Below, piece by piece: positions 1 to 13,889 of a stretch of DNA of 64,000 nt. Origin of the DNA: Octopus vulgaris. Its lineage: Eukaryota. The number at the start of each line of letters is the position of its first letter. Positions within the stretch are counted from its first letter, which is position 1. Where the stretch lies: NCBI GenBank assembly GCA_951406725.2, contig OX597817.1:83328001-83392000 (forward strand), written 5' to 3'. The position numbers were made by a program, and so were the translations under genes. The notes beneath the pieces were generated by a model. That model was not told where the DNA came from, did not search any database, and saw nothing but the letters and a program-made list of their open reading frames with translations.

Positions 1-1301
1 ATACTCGAGTATAGGTGTATCACAAGGCTCATCAGTTCAATGCCAAAAAGAGTTCCTGAATTAAAATCTGCAATAGGAATGTCAACTAAATACTAAAGTA
101 TGTAGTCCTACCTATCGATTACATTTCAATTATTCGCTTTGCGTATTAAATAAAAGATTTTGAAAATTAAAGGTGTCTATTTACTTCCTGTTTGTCTGTG
201 TATATATATCTATATATGATTGATTGATTGAATCCTGGAGTAAGTTTCATACACAAGTAAATTTCATCTTCGTATAATGCAGTAGTTGGAAAAACTTGTA
301 TAGAATCCCAAGCACGATCCTGCAATCGTTTTAGTAAGCCAGAGACCATCTGGAAAATGTGACTATAAGGCGAAAAGATAGGAAATCGATGAAACACATA
401 AGTGATCATTGTGGTTAATCTCATAGTGCGCTCGGAGGACAGACTTCAAATTTCTCATCTACTAGAAAGCAAAATACGAACAATTTGTCGGAGACGTTCT
501 TGCTTAATGATAGCATTTTACCTCATTCTCTATTGGAGGTAACTACCGCAGTTTCCACGCAAGATCAGTGTCCTATTTCCTTGCAGAAGATTGGTTTGGA
601 CCTAAACAAAGTGAACAGAAAACATCAACGAGATAGCCATGGTGGCGGCTGAGACCAGTTCAAAATGGTTGTAGTCGACAAAAGATCAGTGACTGACCCC
701 TTCTCTAAGCATTTAATTTCTTCTTTAACAGATTCATCTCTTTTCTCAAGTAAACATGTGAAACGTGTATTAGCATAAGATACCTACTAAATATACCAAA
801 GGATTCAGAACAATACGACAGCTTTAGTCACTATCAGAAGAGAAGCATTCAACATCATCAAGGAACTTCTGCATTTGCTTGGGGCAAAGCTTCTCTGATG
901 TTTAATTAAACTGTGTATTACCAGCATTAATTATTTCCCACACGCAAGAAGTACGCCTGGAAATATGTACGCAGATAAATAGGATCACAAACAAATACAC
1001 ACATACATATATAATTATGAATACGTACACATATGTATATAATAAATATATACATGCATACATACATACATACATGTATGCATGCATACAAATGTACATA
1101 CACACATACATGCATGCATACAGACAGACATATATCAACAGGGAGAGATAATACAGAAAAAGAAAGTAAGGGAAAGAGAAAAGGGGAAAGAGATAGAGAG
1201 AGACTTTGAATCTTCAGGAAAATATTTTGAAATTAGATTTTAAAAAATACTGGAACTATTTTCTCTCTCACTTTCTCTCTCCATCCCTCTCTCTCCCTCC
1301 C

Positions 1302-1340
<39 letters not shown>

Positions 1341-2076
1341 ATCTATAGTTATATATGCTTGTGTTTGTACGCACATATACACACTCAAATTTAAAATGAT
1401 TAGAAAACAAATAATCGCCCATGGTCGCAAGAGATTTTTTCTTCCTAAATCAAGTAGTTGCATCGAAAATCGAATGACTTATTATATCTTGAAATGACGC
1501 TAAGTTAATGAAAAGCTGCTAGGATACATTGTGACCTGTCTAACAGAAGGGAAGCACTTGATTGAAAAACTGATTTTTTGGCAGGAATGATTCTTATGAA
1601 TGCTTACAATAAAATATATGCACAGCACAAGAAAGCACACGCCTATACCCGATCGCAGTTGACAGCCAGTGTTTGGTGAAGAGGGGAGTGTGCGCACAAA
1701 AGAAGAAAGACACAAAACAAAGATATTGACAGTATGATAGGGACGACTGTTGGCTATTTTAGAATATCGAAAAAAGTGTGAGATAATTCTTTGCTGTTAA
1801 CAATAAAGATGGACAGGTGAAGATAGCGAGCAGATTCTTGACTCTTGTTTTGCTTTCCATTTATCTTCCTTCGTACTACTCATGTTCGCCTTTGGCAGTT
1901 GATATAATGAATCATTAACGCCGACTTAATTTTCAACCACTAACCAGTGCCCAATATTGTCTTTTTTTTTCTCTCTCTAATAAAGAACAAATAATTTTCT
2001 GTTACAATAAAAATAAGATGACCGTCAACAATCACAATTATAAGCATCTATATATTTATTATTATTACCTTGTTAC

Positions 2077-2190
2077 GTATGTATGTATATATGTATGTAT
2101 GTATGTGTATGTATGTATGTATGTATGTATGTATGTATGTATGTATGTATGTATGTATGTATGTATGTATGTATGTATGTGTATGTATGT
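2077..2190. repeat. (TATG)n microsatellite
   Basis: Direct tetranucleotide run; source of the YVCM-type ORFs. Confidence 0.95.
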
Positions 2191-2484
2191 GCGGTTTAAA
2201 CAACGCAGATCAACAGTTATTTGTGTGGAACACCGAAGTGCTCAATATAAAATAGAGAATATCCAAAAAAACGTAATACATTCAGATATAGCCACACACT
2301 CATACAACCACAATCCTTCACGAAACACCCATACAAACACACGCGCGCGCGTGCATATACATATGCACACAAACATGCACATACATACACATCCGTATAC
2401 TATAAATCCGTTGAATATAATTTAGCTGTGTGCTCTGGGAAATGAGCTTTCATGTTTTAAGCACGGATTTTTTCCTTTGCATTT

Positions 2485-2486
<2 letters not shown>

Positions 2487-2525
<39 letters not shown>

Positions 2526-2547
2526 AGAGAGAGAGAAATAGACAGAC

Positions 2548-2599
<52 letters not shown>

Positions 2600-2610
2600 T
2601 GATAGATAGC
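2487..2610. repeat. compound (TA)n/(GA)n/(TAGA)n microsatellite
   Basis: Visible in sequence. Confidence 0.95.
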
Positions 2611-2643
2611 TAGATATACACAGAAATATAAGCGCATACATAT

Positions 2644-2676
<33 letters not shown>

Positions 2677-2774
2677 CGTACGTACGTACGTACGTATGTA
2701 TGTATGTATGTATACAGAATGCAGTGAATATATTGTCGTCTAAATTACGCAAAAATGAAAATAACATTGACAAC

Positions 2775-3423
2775 TCATTTTAACGTTTAGTTCATCTTTG
2801 GCATTACAAGGAGTTTTCTTGGTCTCACGCTTAACTGTGCCCCACACATCATAATGAAGGAGGATGCAGTCTGGGGAATTAGGTGGCCAGATGTTAGGGA
2901 TGATGTGGTGGAAGAAATTTTCTGACAGCTATGACTGGATTATCCTGCTTGTGTGGCAAGGTGCAGAGTCTTGTTGCCAAACATAGGGTCCTCCAGCAGC
3001 CAGCATCTTGACCTAGAGCAGCACTACCTCCCCCAGGCACTTGACGTAAGTCTTCGTGTTGAGTCTGAGGCCGTGTGGGAAGATGAACAGAGGCATAACG
3101 TCGCTATCTCTAGTGATCACTCCAAACACCCTTGCAATTACCATTAGACTCATCCAACTCTTTCTGAATCCTCTGCACTGCCCTCAGATTGACACCCAAA
3201 CACTCTGAAATGTTCGTATTGGAACTTCCAGCACGAATGCCAAGCAGTATAACAGGTCGTTTCCAAATTCCTAGCAGACTGAATTGCATCATGGTGCTGT
3301 TTTTCTCACAGGGAGTGCTTAACTGACCCTACTATATTGTGTAGTCGACAAAATCAAAAACAAATTATGCGCATGCGTGAAATTAAAAATATAGAATGGC
3401 AACAATTTATCCATCGCACCGTG
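2775..3423 (-). mobile_element. Internally deleted Tc1/mariner relic, maT (DD37D)-like
   Basis: Minus-strand translation gives VFGVIT..DVMPLFIFPHGLRLNT..WQQDSAPCHTS..NIWPPNSPDCILLHY, with 37 residues between the second D and the last catalytic position (now H). An N-terminal HTH-like piece (ORF 3110-3292) is joined directly to it. A terminus-like sequence at about 3400-3423 abuts (TA)n. Confidence 0.8.
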
Positions 3424-3429
3424 TATATA

Positions 3430-3481
<52 letters not shown>

Positions 3482-4054
3482 TTTATATGATCATGTCTAG
3501 ATATGCAACTATATGCATGGGAATACATACATCAACTAAAACATACAAATCTGTACATATACATACATACATACAAAAATAGCCTGTTGTTAATGTTGAA
3601 ATTCGAATGAAGAAACCTTGAATTTAGGTAAGAAACTGGCTTTTTATTGGCAAGAAATCTTGAAATAAAACTGCACAATAACATACACGCGTGTTTATGT
3701 GTGTTTCTGTGCGCCTGTGCGTAATTATGTATGTGTGTATGTATGGTCTCTTCTGTTTTTTTTATTATTTAAATTATTCCTCCGAGCAAGGAACTAGTTT
3801 CTAACACAGATGCAAAACTCCATCGTTGGAATATTGATAGCAAATACAATACAACTTCACATTTTAAACTTGAGAAGAGTCTGACTTATTTTTGCTGTTC
3901 CACAAATAGATTTTGTATGTAATGTGAGAGTTAGTTGGTAGATTTCTTTTTCTGAAAACAGTAACTTGTACAGACTGCCACTGAGGCATTTATTGATGTA
4001 TGTATGTATGTATGTATGTATGTATGTATATCTCTCTCTCTTTCCTCTCTCTCC

Positions 4055-4086
<32 letters not shown>

Positions 4087-5676
4087 ATACATATATATAT
4101 ATATATATGAGTGCATGTGTGTGTATTTATATTGAGGTTACACTGACCATAACGTCAATACTCCATCATTTGGACACATTTTAAACGATAATTATAACTT
4201 ACGTTATGCCTTCGTAACTGGTTTCAATGTTGTCAGTTCAATAATCTTCGTCGAGATGACTAGATTGATACAAGTAAGACTGATACAATAATACTCTCGG
4301 AAAGCTTGTTCTAGAACTCCCATAAATCAAAACCTTCCGAATAACTTACTTGGAAATATATTACTTAACGCACTTGTGAACTTCATACAAAATTAGTTGT
4401 TTTCCCATTTGAGCAGTATAGAATTTCTGATGAGTTAGAGTTTGAAATATGCAATGGTTCTTCTTTAAACGTATTGAAGTTTCAAAATACACTTTCTATG
4501 GTTATAAATGCTTTTGCTAAAAGGAAAAGCTACGTACTTGGAAAGCAATGCAAATTTTATAACAATAATCACTTTTCGTCAGTTGAGTAACAACAGGCAC
4601 TATTAATCAGTCAGCAACTCTAAAAGTAAATATTGGGCCGTGTGGAATTAATTGATAATGGAAGGCCTGACACTGAAATGTATATATTTACGCTACGAGC
4701 CATGTATTGCATCCCATTGCATGAAGCTAAATTGATTAACATCAATCTCAGTATGCAGGTGGTTATCAGTAGCGAAATTATTTTATTTCCAAGGGAGTTT
4801 TGAACATTCTATGTTTAATTAAGACTTCTCAAAAGCTGTCTAAAACTTTGAAAGTTTGATTATCAACAGTCAAAACCTTAGGCATCTTTGACGGCACTTC
4901 CGATAATTCTCATAATAGAAAATTGGAATTGTTATACTAAATATGTATAGGATCAACCAACTCTGTTACGTCTAAAATTCAAGATACAGGCGTGTATAAA
5001 TTCTATAAAATCAGTATCAAATTGCAAGAAAATGTACTCCATTAATTAACACTTTGAATCCCGTAATACTCTGAACCTCCTAAACTGGTGCCGGACTATT
5101 TGACAGACAGCATATTTCACATAATGGAAACTAGTATGTATCTCTTATTGTAATTGTAGGAAAAGACTGGAGACGTATGTATCTCTGCTGATGACAAAGT
5201 AGGTATTAATCCCAACATTTTTCTGACCCCTAATATTGAATCTTTCTTGCTCTAATCAGATAGAATGAAAGAATGAAGTGTTTTTACAGAACCACGGAGT
5301 TGAATACCATCAATATTAGATACATTTTACTATTAATATTATTATTGCTCGGTTGAAATGAAAGCGTGTGCCTTACGGCATTAAACCGAAGGCGCCACTT
5401 GTCAAAATGTAATAGAAAAGATTTTGGCGGAATATATACAAAATACTCTCTCGTTATGAAGTATGTTTGCGTGCAGCACCAAGGAAGATTTGAACCTACT
5501 TACACAAACATGGTTATTAATACAAACAACAATATCTTTAATAGAAACAATATATTGTTTGATGGGTTTTCTGTTTCAAAAAAAAAAAATTACGGTTTTT
5601 CAGCCCGCTAATAAGAAAGCCGGTTTACCTTTTGACTTACATATTTTAAAAATAATATATTGTAACTAAACACTTT

Positions 5677-6398
5677 CAAATATTTACCATAAACCTTTGC
5701 CAATTCTAAAATGAACTCTTTCTTAAACGACGTCTTTCTGGATCTTTACCTTTTGAGCTACAGATTTAAAATATAATTTTTGTTACTAAACAATTTCAAA
5801 CTTCGGACACTGGTAGAATGTGTCATATAAAACATGTTTTACTCTTAGCATTTTTGAGAAAAACTTATATTTCCTTAGTTATTTCACCTTAAAGTTCTCG
5901 TATTTCGGTAATTTCAACCAATCAATGACGTGTATTCAGCTGAATAAAATTACTGCCGTTGTTTGTCAACTATCGGCGGTGTATTTTTCATTTGTCACTG
6001 TTATTTATGGCATCGTTCGTGCGTTTGTACTGGTTTTAAGGTTTTAGGGTCAGGGTTGTCATAAACAACAGTAACAAACGAAATATACACCGCCGTAAGT
6101 TCTTGTTGAAAAACAACAGTAATAATTTTATTCAGCTGAATACACGTCATTGAATGGTTGAAATTACCGAAATACGAGAACTTTAAGGTGAAATAACTAA
6201 GTGAATATAAGTTTTTTGCAAAAATGCTAAGAGTAAAACATGTTTTATATGACACATTCTACCAGTGTCCGAAGTTTGAAATTGTTTAGTAACAAAAATT
6301 ATATTTTAAATCTGTAGCTCAAAAGGTAAAGATCCAGAAAGACGTCGTTTAAGAAAGAGTTCATTTTAGAATTGGCAAAGGTTTATGGTAAATATTTG
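5677..6398. mobile_element. Long foldback/MITE-like element (arms about 330 bp, short TTAGGG-like centre)
   Basis: 5677-~6010 is the reverse complement of ~6060-6398, which explains the twin ORFs 5820+ and 6255-. An older partial copy of the same terminus lies at about 5620-5680. Confidence 0.85.
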
Positions 6399-6699
6399 CC
6401 AAAATACCTCAAAATGATCGCATCGTTTTGATTTGCAAGAAAAATTATCGATTTACTCAGCAAAAGGATTTTAAGAATTTAAATTTTTGTTGCTGAGAAT
6501 CCAGTTGTCAGCATATTTCATGCTAAAACATAACGATGGTAAACAATGCTGTGTGTTTATGTGTGCGCGTGTATGTGGGTGCGCGCGCGCAAGTGTGTGT
6601 GTGTGCGTGCGCATGCGTGTGTGTGTGTGTATGTGTGTGTTTTACTATTTTAATATGAAGTTCTCTATTTTGTTGGTCCATATTAATATTCTTAATCCT

Positions 6700-7620
6700 T
6701 TCATTGGGCCTTATTAATACACATCGATGTTAGTAATTTAACATATCTCCTCCACCTTAGATTATCCTTATATTATTCTCAATTTCCATTTGTAGAATTT
6801 TCTATAATAGATATTTTCACATATTCCTTTATATTTGAGTTGTTGTTGGTCAGTCTTTTGTAGTTATACTAGGGCTTGATTTTGTTGCGATTTTATTATA
6901 TTTTGCTTTTTTATAAGTTTTTCGACTATATTTTTGGTTTACTTTATAAGGTTTATAATATAAGTTTTTTCATTGTTTGCATTTTTGTTTGTATTTTCCT
7001 TCTGTATTTTTTCTTTAAACGGGTCTATTTCTATGTCTAATATCATTTTGCTGTTGGGAATGTGGCTTCTCAAAATAGTTAGTCGGTGTGGATCCCAAAT
7101 TACTTTTTGATCAGATTTATTTTCTTTCCAAATATTCAACATGCTTGTGATGGCTTCCTTGAACAGAGAAAGCAGCTTTATTTCTTTTTACTTTTTCGCT
7201 ATAAATTTTAGATTTTTGCATTAGTTTTCCATTAACCCTGACTAGAATAGGTCCTAGAATAGGTGTTTCATTATATTTAGCTGCAGTCTTAAACTATTTT
7301 TTGCATCCGCGATATTATAATTGTTTTACGGGGTGTTTTGAGTGGGGAATTGTAAATTCAATTTTTACTTTGTTGTCTATACCAGCTTTGCCAATTTAAT
7401 TCCCCTCACGTTCAAAATATTACAATTCTAACAAATTACTGAGATGTCTGGAGTATTGGTTTCAATTCTTTTATCAGCTTTATCTCTTATCTCGGATTAT
7501 TTCTCATTTATTATCATCTCGTGAAGGTTACCGTTGCACGATTTATTAACAGGATTTGTTTGTTTGTTTTTTATCATTTCATCACGTAAATCCGTATACT
7601 ACATATAGCAATGTTTCTCA
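6700..7620 (-). mobile_element. Highly decayed Penelope-like (GIY-YIG end) fragment
   Basis: Broken minus-strand pieces resemble the PLE C-terminus (PLNGK..IY..KV, KVI.GST). Many stops and frameshifts. Confidence 0.4.
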
Positions 7621-7909
7621 TTGTTTACCGTCGGTATCGTACAACTTGTAGTCACCCACATAAAAAAAATTGGTCGGATGTCCTTTCAGGGTATTTGAAT
7701 CCGGATCCAATCGTGTTTAGCCTAATAGCTAAATGATTTAAACACTGTCAAGAGAGAGGGTGAACTCTCGGAAAGTTTACTCTTCCTATAGAGATGGACA
7801 TCGATATTATAATCCATTCTTTTGTCTCTATGCGTTATTAATGTCAGAGGCCTTGATACGTGCGAACAAATAACATATGTAACAAGAAGTTATAGCACTT
7901 ACGTAATAT

Positions 7910-8206
7910 GTTTGTTGTTTGTTTCTTCTCGAGCCATGCATGGCTCATAAGGGCCGGTTTCCCGGTTTCCTTGGCGTATAGATTCTCCACCTGGTCCGTC
8001 GCAGGTGAGCTGCAACATGCAGGGGGAAAGGGTGAGAGAAAGTTCTGGCAAAAGAGTCAGCAGAAGTTCGCCATTATCTTCTGCCGGAGCCACATGGAGC
8101 TTAGGTATTTCGCTCATAAACACACACATCACCCGGTCTGAGATTCGAACCCATGATCCCTCGACCGCGAGTCCGCTGCTCTAACAACTAGGCCATGTGC
8201 TTCCAC
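7910..8206 (-). mobile_element. tRNA-derived SINE (family C) with target-site duplication
   Basis: Minus-strand head has A-box TGGCCTAGTTG and B-box GGTTCGAATC, with an (AAC/AAAC) tail. TSD is cttacgtaatat (7898-7909) / cttatgtaatat (8207-8218). Confidence 0.85.
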
Positions 8207-8589
8207 CTTATGTAATATACAAGGCACATTATCTTTCATTAGTGAGATGGTATCAGACGCATCAAAACGTTGTTTCCTACATGTACATGAAGACATGCAT
8301 GCGATTATTCAATTAAAAAAAAATTCTTATGATAAAGTTTCACAAATATTTATAAGCTTTAGGGAAGCTTTTTATCATTAAAAAATCTTCTTTCTGAAAA
8401 CTACTGTGCGTCGTTCCATTAGTACCAAATACTATCCTATGATTGCATATCTCTGATCACACACTAAAGTAGTTGTATGTAGAATTAATATATAAGAGTC
8501 TATAACAATGTAAACGATCATACTGTTAAGATTAAGAACGATCGTTTTTCTTGCAGTATCTAAGTTGCTGTTGTTGTTGTTGTTGTTTC

Positions 8590-9746
8590 TTTTTATCACA
8601 AGTTTTATTGGAACTTCTGGAGTCTTGCATGCGTGGCGGGATTGCTACCTGCAGCATACGGCACCATGCTGTCCGCTCTTTTCAGCTATCTCATACTTTC
8701 CTGATTAATCTGACCGTGCCTAGCCGGCAAAACTTTTCTAACAGTTCTACTGGGCACTGTATTCCAATTTACTTGATATGCCCCTTGATACCCTCTGATA
8801 CTGTCCCCAACGACCCAACAATAATTGGCACTATCTTCACCTTCATTTACCATAGCCTGGCTATTTCGTACTTAAGTGGGTTGTATATATCTACTTTCTC
8901 GCCTTCCTTCTTGACTATTCGTGGGTCAAAGGGGCACACAACATCAACTATATAGCACATGTGGTGCATCTTGTCGACCAACACTAGGTTCGGTTTGTTA
9001 TGCTCTAGCACCTGATCTGTTTGGATTGGAAAATCCCAGAGGATTTTGCTAGTCTCCGATTCCGCCACTCTCTGCGGTGTGTTCTCTCTCTAGCACCCAC
9101 GTTTTGCACAGTTTCCAATGTAGCGCTTTCGCTACCTGATCATGTCGTCACAGCTTTTAGTGGTTTAGGGCAAGTTTAGGTCATTCGTTTGTGATTTAGG
9201 CAATGGTTTCATCCAAATGGTTTCGTCTGCGGAGACACTTGCTCATTCCAAAGTTTGACCCTCCAGTTCGTGGCCAAAGCTTGGTCTTGCACTGTCAGTA
9301 TAGTGCTCTCGGTCACTTCAGGATTCCAGCGCCATATCGAACTACTGCGAGGGCGTATGAGTTTATTGCCGAAATTATGTTTCTGGCATTCAGCTTTGAA
9401 GCCAGTATTTTTCTCACTTGCCACAGGTAATCTCTTTTTGTCTTTGTCTTGATGTCGTTGTGTTTAATTCCATACTTCAAGTATTCTCAGGTATTTATAG
9501 TTGGACTGAGGTTGAATTAACTTCATCATCTCAAATTATGCATTCTGTCATGACAAGCTTTCCTCGTCTCATCATCATCGTAGCACGTGTTGAGAACTCA
9601 AACACCATCTCAGTATCATTGGGAAAATCCGCAGAAACTGAACTAGGCTGTCCACTTCTGCCTCAGGTTTTGTGAATAACTTCAAAGCCGTCCATGAATA
9701 GTAAGTAGTTCAGTTTTCCTTACCTCTTCCCTAGTTATACCCCAAC

Positions 9747-9750
<4 letters not shown>
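8590..9750 (-). mobile_element. R4/Dong-type RLE LINE, 3' fragment
   Basis: ILWDFPIQTDQVLEHNKPNLVLVD..IVDVVCPFD..EKVDIYNPLKYEIARLW (PD-(D/E)xK restriction-like endonuclease); TESTILTVQDQALATNW upstream. Confidence 0.85.
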
Positions 9751-9789
<39 letters not shown>

Positions 9790-9792
<3 letters not shown>

Positions 9793-10300
9793 GGTAGTCT
9801 TATTTTTGTCGCGTGTTTTCAATGCACTACCTGGCGCAGCTCTGTGTGCCTTGGATAGTGCTGTGGTTTGCTATGGTACTCTTACTTTCACTGTATTGAA
9901 AGTGTTTTACGTTGGATGTGTACGGTGCCTAGTTGTGCTATTTTCTGCATTTTACATATACTTGTTAATCCTGTTATATATTTGTCTGAATGTTTGTTTA
10001 TCATACCTAATGCGCCTACTATTATAGGAATTGTTTCTGTTTTTAAGCTCTCCATTCGAATTACTTCTATTTCCAGATATTTGTATTTTGAAATTTTCTC
10101 CATTTCTTTTAGAGAAGCCTTGTTATCTGTCGGTATTTGATACATCGATTAGAAAGCATTTTTTCTTGGTGATCTCTGACAACTATATTCAGCCTATTGG
10201 CCTTAATTTCTCTATCTGTGTATATTGGCATATCCCAGAGTATGGTTGCTTTCTCGTTTTCTGTGACCTTTTCTGGCGTGTGCCAATACCATCTTTTTTT
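9790..10300 (-). mobile_element. R4/Dong-type LINE, 3' end fragment with (TAA)n tail
   Basis: KEMEKISKYKYLEIEVIRM..TIPIIVGALG..QKIAQLGTVHI; followed on the minus strand by (TAA)n at 9751-9791. Confidence 0.85.
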
Positions 10301-10689
10301 GTCAGTATGACCAGGCTAAATGATATTTAAGGTTGTCCCAAAAGTTCGTAGAAAGTCTTGGAAAATAATGGTCTTTATTTTGAGGAATAATTTTTGTTGT
10401 TTTTGTTAGTACTTGGCGAATAAAAATTCTATTTTCGCAAGTGTTTACGAACTTTTGGGACAACCTAATAATATATGCAGCCGCTTCTGTGGCCAAAGAA
10501 GAAGCTGCATACTCTAAACAGGAGTATTACAACCAAAACAATCCTTTGGATGAATAACATCCAGACAAAATAGAAAATAAGAGAAAAGATTTGTCAATCC
10601 TTAATGAAACTAGTAGAAAATCAACACCACTAAACGACACGTAAAGTTCCAGAGGAGAGAGATGTGATCATTTTCAAGCACTGGAGGTG

Positions 10690-11425
10690 GTTTGTGTTCC
10701 CATCAGTTTTTATTATGGAGCAGGTTCAAGTTTTGCAAATTACCCAGTACTGCACTGCTCTATCATGCCTGTTGAGATACTCTGTAAGCGGAAGACGACT
10801 GTACATGGAGACAGCTTGAGCAATGGTTTCATTTTGTTGTTTACATACACGACATGTTGGGCTATTTTCGTTATTTAATATGTTGGGATGGAAGTTCCTT
10901 GTAGATGGGCATTGATCTTGGGCTGCTATGATAAACCGTTCTGTTTCTGATTTTAAGCCAGAAGATATTAACCATTGATGGGTAAGGGCTTTGTCAACAT
11001 CGGCATTATTAGCTCTCTTTGGGTATTTGCCTTTGGGAGGTTGTTCTTGCTATTCGTCAGTAAGAATATATAAAGCAGCAGTTTTAGCACGGGTTTTCAT
11101 GTGCTTAGCTTTTTCTGCTTGTTTCTACTACGTCTAATTTCAGAATTTGTTGTTTATATCACTTAGATATACCTTTGCCTGTTTTGTTACTGAGTAGATG
11201 CTTTCTTGCTTTCGTGCTTTGAGACAAGTTTTAGCATCCAGTCATCAGAGTTTATCAGGTAGGTGTCTTGGCCAATTGTGGCAATCTTCATTGTTAATTC
11301 AAGTTGTAAGAATCTAAGGCCACCTTCTTATCTAGGTAAAGTAGTTCTATAACAGCTTTAGGATGGTGCATTCTATGCATTGTCAACAATTTTCGTATTT
11401 TTCTGTCAAGATTACATTCTTCAGC
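10690..11425 (-). mobile_element. R4/Dong-type LINE, post-RT/CCHC fragment
   Basis: LDRKIRKLLTMHRMHHPKA..LYL; downstream LKSETERFIIAAQDQ motif on the minus strand. Confidence 0.75.
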
Positions 11426-11483
<58 letters not shown>

Positions 11484-13200
11484 GCCATGACTAAGTTACT
11501 TTTCCTCCTCTTGCAGTCAATAGGTACAGTTTTGTCTACGAGAAGTTGATGCTTGGTACCTCTACACTTACGCTTGCGACCTTTCTGTTCCTGTGGCAGG
11601 ACTCCATTTTTTCCATATGTCCGTACATTGACTCTGCGACCATTCCAGTCAGTAATTTCCACATAAGTGGCAAGCAGGATATCGGCCTGTAATTGTCTAC
11701 CGTATTGCCTTTTTTTAATGTTTTTCAAGCACAGCATTATCCTAACCATCGTCAACCACTCTGGTGCTACGTGGTCGGCTTGTAATTGTGCAGCTATTCA
11801 TGCATGACATTCACCAAATCTTTTGATTCAGTAGCCTTGAACTCCATCTGGTCCCGGGGCCTTCCAGTTGCTCAGATTTTAGCTGATTTCTTTCACTTCC
11901 CTAACTGAAATGACTAGTTCTACTTATTTTAGACATACTACTGCTTGTTTCAGTTCTTGCAACCATCCTCCTTGTGCTCCTTGTCTTTGCTCAGATGTCA
12001 CCTCAAACCTTCGACTTTCATAGTTATCTGGTATCAACTTTTCATCTGTACACTCTCCATTTATTCTTTGCAGAATCTCTCCTGATCTACTGTGAATGAC
12101 CTATTCTGCTGGTATCCTTTCATTCTTTGTTCATATTTTAACATTTTTGCTTTCTTTACAACGAGGCGCTGTTTGAGTTCCTCTATTACCACTTTCATGC
12201 CCTTTCTTTCAATATCATACTTTCTGTTCAGTGCACTGTATTTTTGCTCGCATTTAAGTACCCCTTCTCTTTTCGGTCTAACACATAAATGTCCATTAAG
12301 AGCATATCTAACCCCGCCTGTATTTCTCTTTTCCACCATGTATCTTTTCTTTTGTCACTCACATTATAACTCCTTACCTTGACATCAATACTCACATTTT
12401 CTTCTAAAGCAATACTTGCTGCGTTGATCAAATTGTTTCTGTGATGTTTTTTGTTCTGATGTATTTCAGAATTTCATTGACACTTTTCGTTTCTTGGTTC
12501 AATTCCCGCCGATCAACCTTTTAAAGATTGTAAATAATGTCACTATAGTCCTTTTGTAGCTTTACTTTTTTCTGTCGTAGATTACCTTTTGCCCATCTGT
12601 CATGTCACCATTAGTTTTATTGTCTTCTTCCAAACCATCTATATGTCTCTCATCGAGCAAGCTATCACTGTTCCTTTCCTGTGGTGTATCATAGATTTCC
12701 CCTCTGTTTTCTGCTATGAGACTACTTTTATCAGTAGGAACTGTATTTTCATTGTTTCCTCTGCTGCTGTTTTCCAATACCCGTCTTTTGATAGCTTCGA
12801 GAGCTTTACTTCTGTGAACAAACGAGTTTTTCTAATTGCTCTAGCTTGATCACATAATCCCTATTCCACGAGATGAAACAATAATCTCCGTTGATCATAC
12901 ATACCCTGTCGGTATCCCCTAAGATGAACACCATTTTCGTCTACGGGGTTGCTCAGGTAGTAACACTCCATGACCACAGCATTGACTTGTTTGTTCCATC
13001 TCTGCCGTATGTGCTGGTCTCTTGCTGGATAACGACAGGCTGGAGTCGGACCAGTATCTCTGAGCCGGCTGGGTACAAACACTGTTACCATCAAAGGCTT
13101 CGGTTTCATTACCACCGTTATTCACAATGGTTAGTTTTTTCATTGTCACTCATTTGAGGTAGCGATTATCAGGTTGCGCAATTACCAGTGTTTTTATTGT
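11484..13200 (-). mobile_element. R4/Dong-type LINE, 5' half (N-terminus to start of RT)
   Basis: RQRWNKQVNAVVMECYYLSNP..RGYRQGM; IEELKQRL..KYEQR..YQQNRSF; [25 protein letters not shown], then cut by (TAA)n. Confidence 0.85.
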
Positions 13201-13364
13201 GACACTATCACTAGATGTATCATCAATCAGAGCATTGGGAGATTCCAATCGCTTCCTTTTATTATTATTATCATCATCATCATCATCCCTGATATTATTA
13301 TATTCATTTTTTTTTACTATTTGTCATTGTTAATATTTTCTCTGAGCCAACATGAGGTATTATT

Positions 13365-13432
<68 letters not shown>

Positions 13433-13449
13433 CATCATCATTTTTGATT

Positions 13450-13790
13450 TGACTCAACTTCGGTCTTATTCCTGGTATGATTTATGTCAGTTGCCAGTTA
13501 CTACCTGTAACCTTAGGTATCCACTAGCTTTCATTAGTCTTTCATGTGCCTAGAACCCTCCTGATAATCTTTCCTGCTCTAAGGAGCTCTACGGACATAT
13601 TATTTCAATCTCCTTCAACCATTTGTCTTTATCTTTACTTACAACTCTCAATACACCAATTATTATAGACACGACCTTTACAGTTTTCATATTCCAATTT
13701 CTTGCAATTTCAAATTTTAAAAGTTAGTAATTTTTGTTTTTTGTCTTCTTTATTTACGATTCTGAAATCAAATAGACATGATGGATTATT
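13450..13790 (-). mobile_element. R4/Dong-type LINE, extreme 3' fragment
   Basis: Minus strand reads PCLFDFRIVNKEDKK..ARNWNMKTVKVVSIIIGVL..LLRAGKIIRRVL; flanked on both sides by (TAA)n. Confidence 0.7.
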
Positions 13791-13795
13791 ATTAC

Positions 13796-13889
<94 letters not shown>

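Noticed and set aside
1-900. Possible decayed transposon coding sequence (also 4.2-5.4, 15-17.3, 21.0-21.7 and 32.3-33.0 kb)
   Set aside because: Only faint resemblance by eye; needs tBLASTn or RepeatMasker to call
902-2773. ORFs rich in YVCM/IYIY/LSLS repeats (and the many similar ORFs at 23.7-26 kb and 37-50 kb)
   Set aside because: Translations of (TATG)n, (TA)n, (TC)n and (CA)n microsatellites; no protein signal
4426-4450. CTGATGA-gttagagttt-GAAA
   Set aside because: No stem II or stem I; chance match
7910-8206. tRNA-like A/B boxes here and in other SINE heads
   Set aside because: No complete cloverleaf; these are SINE heads, not tRNA genes
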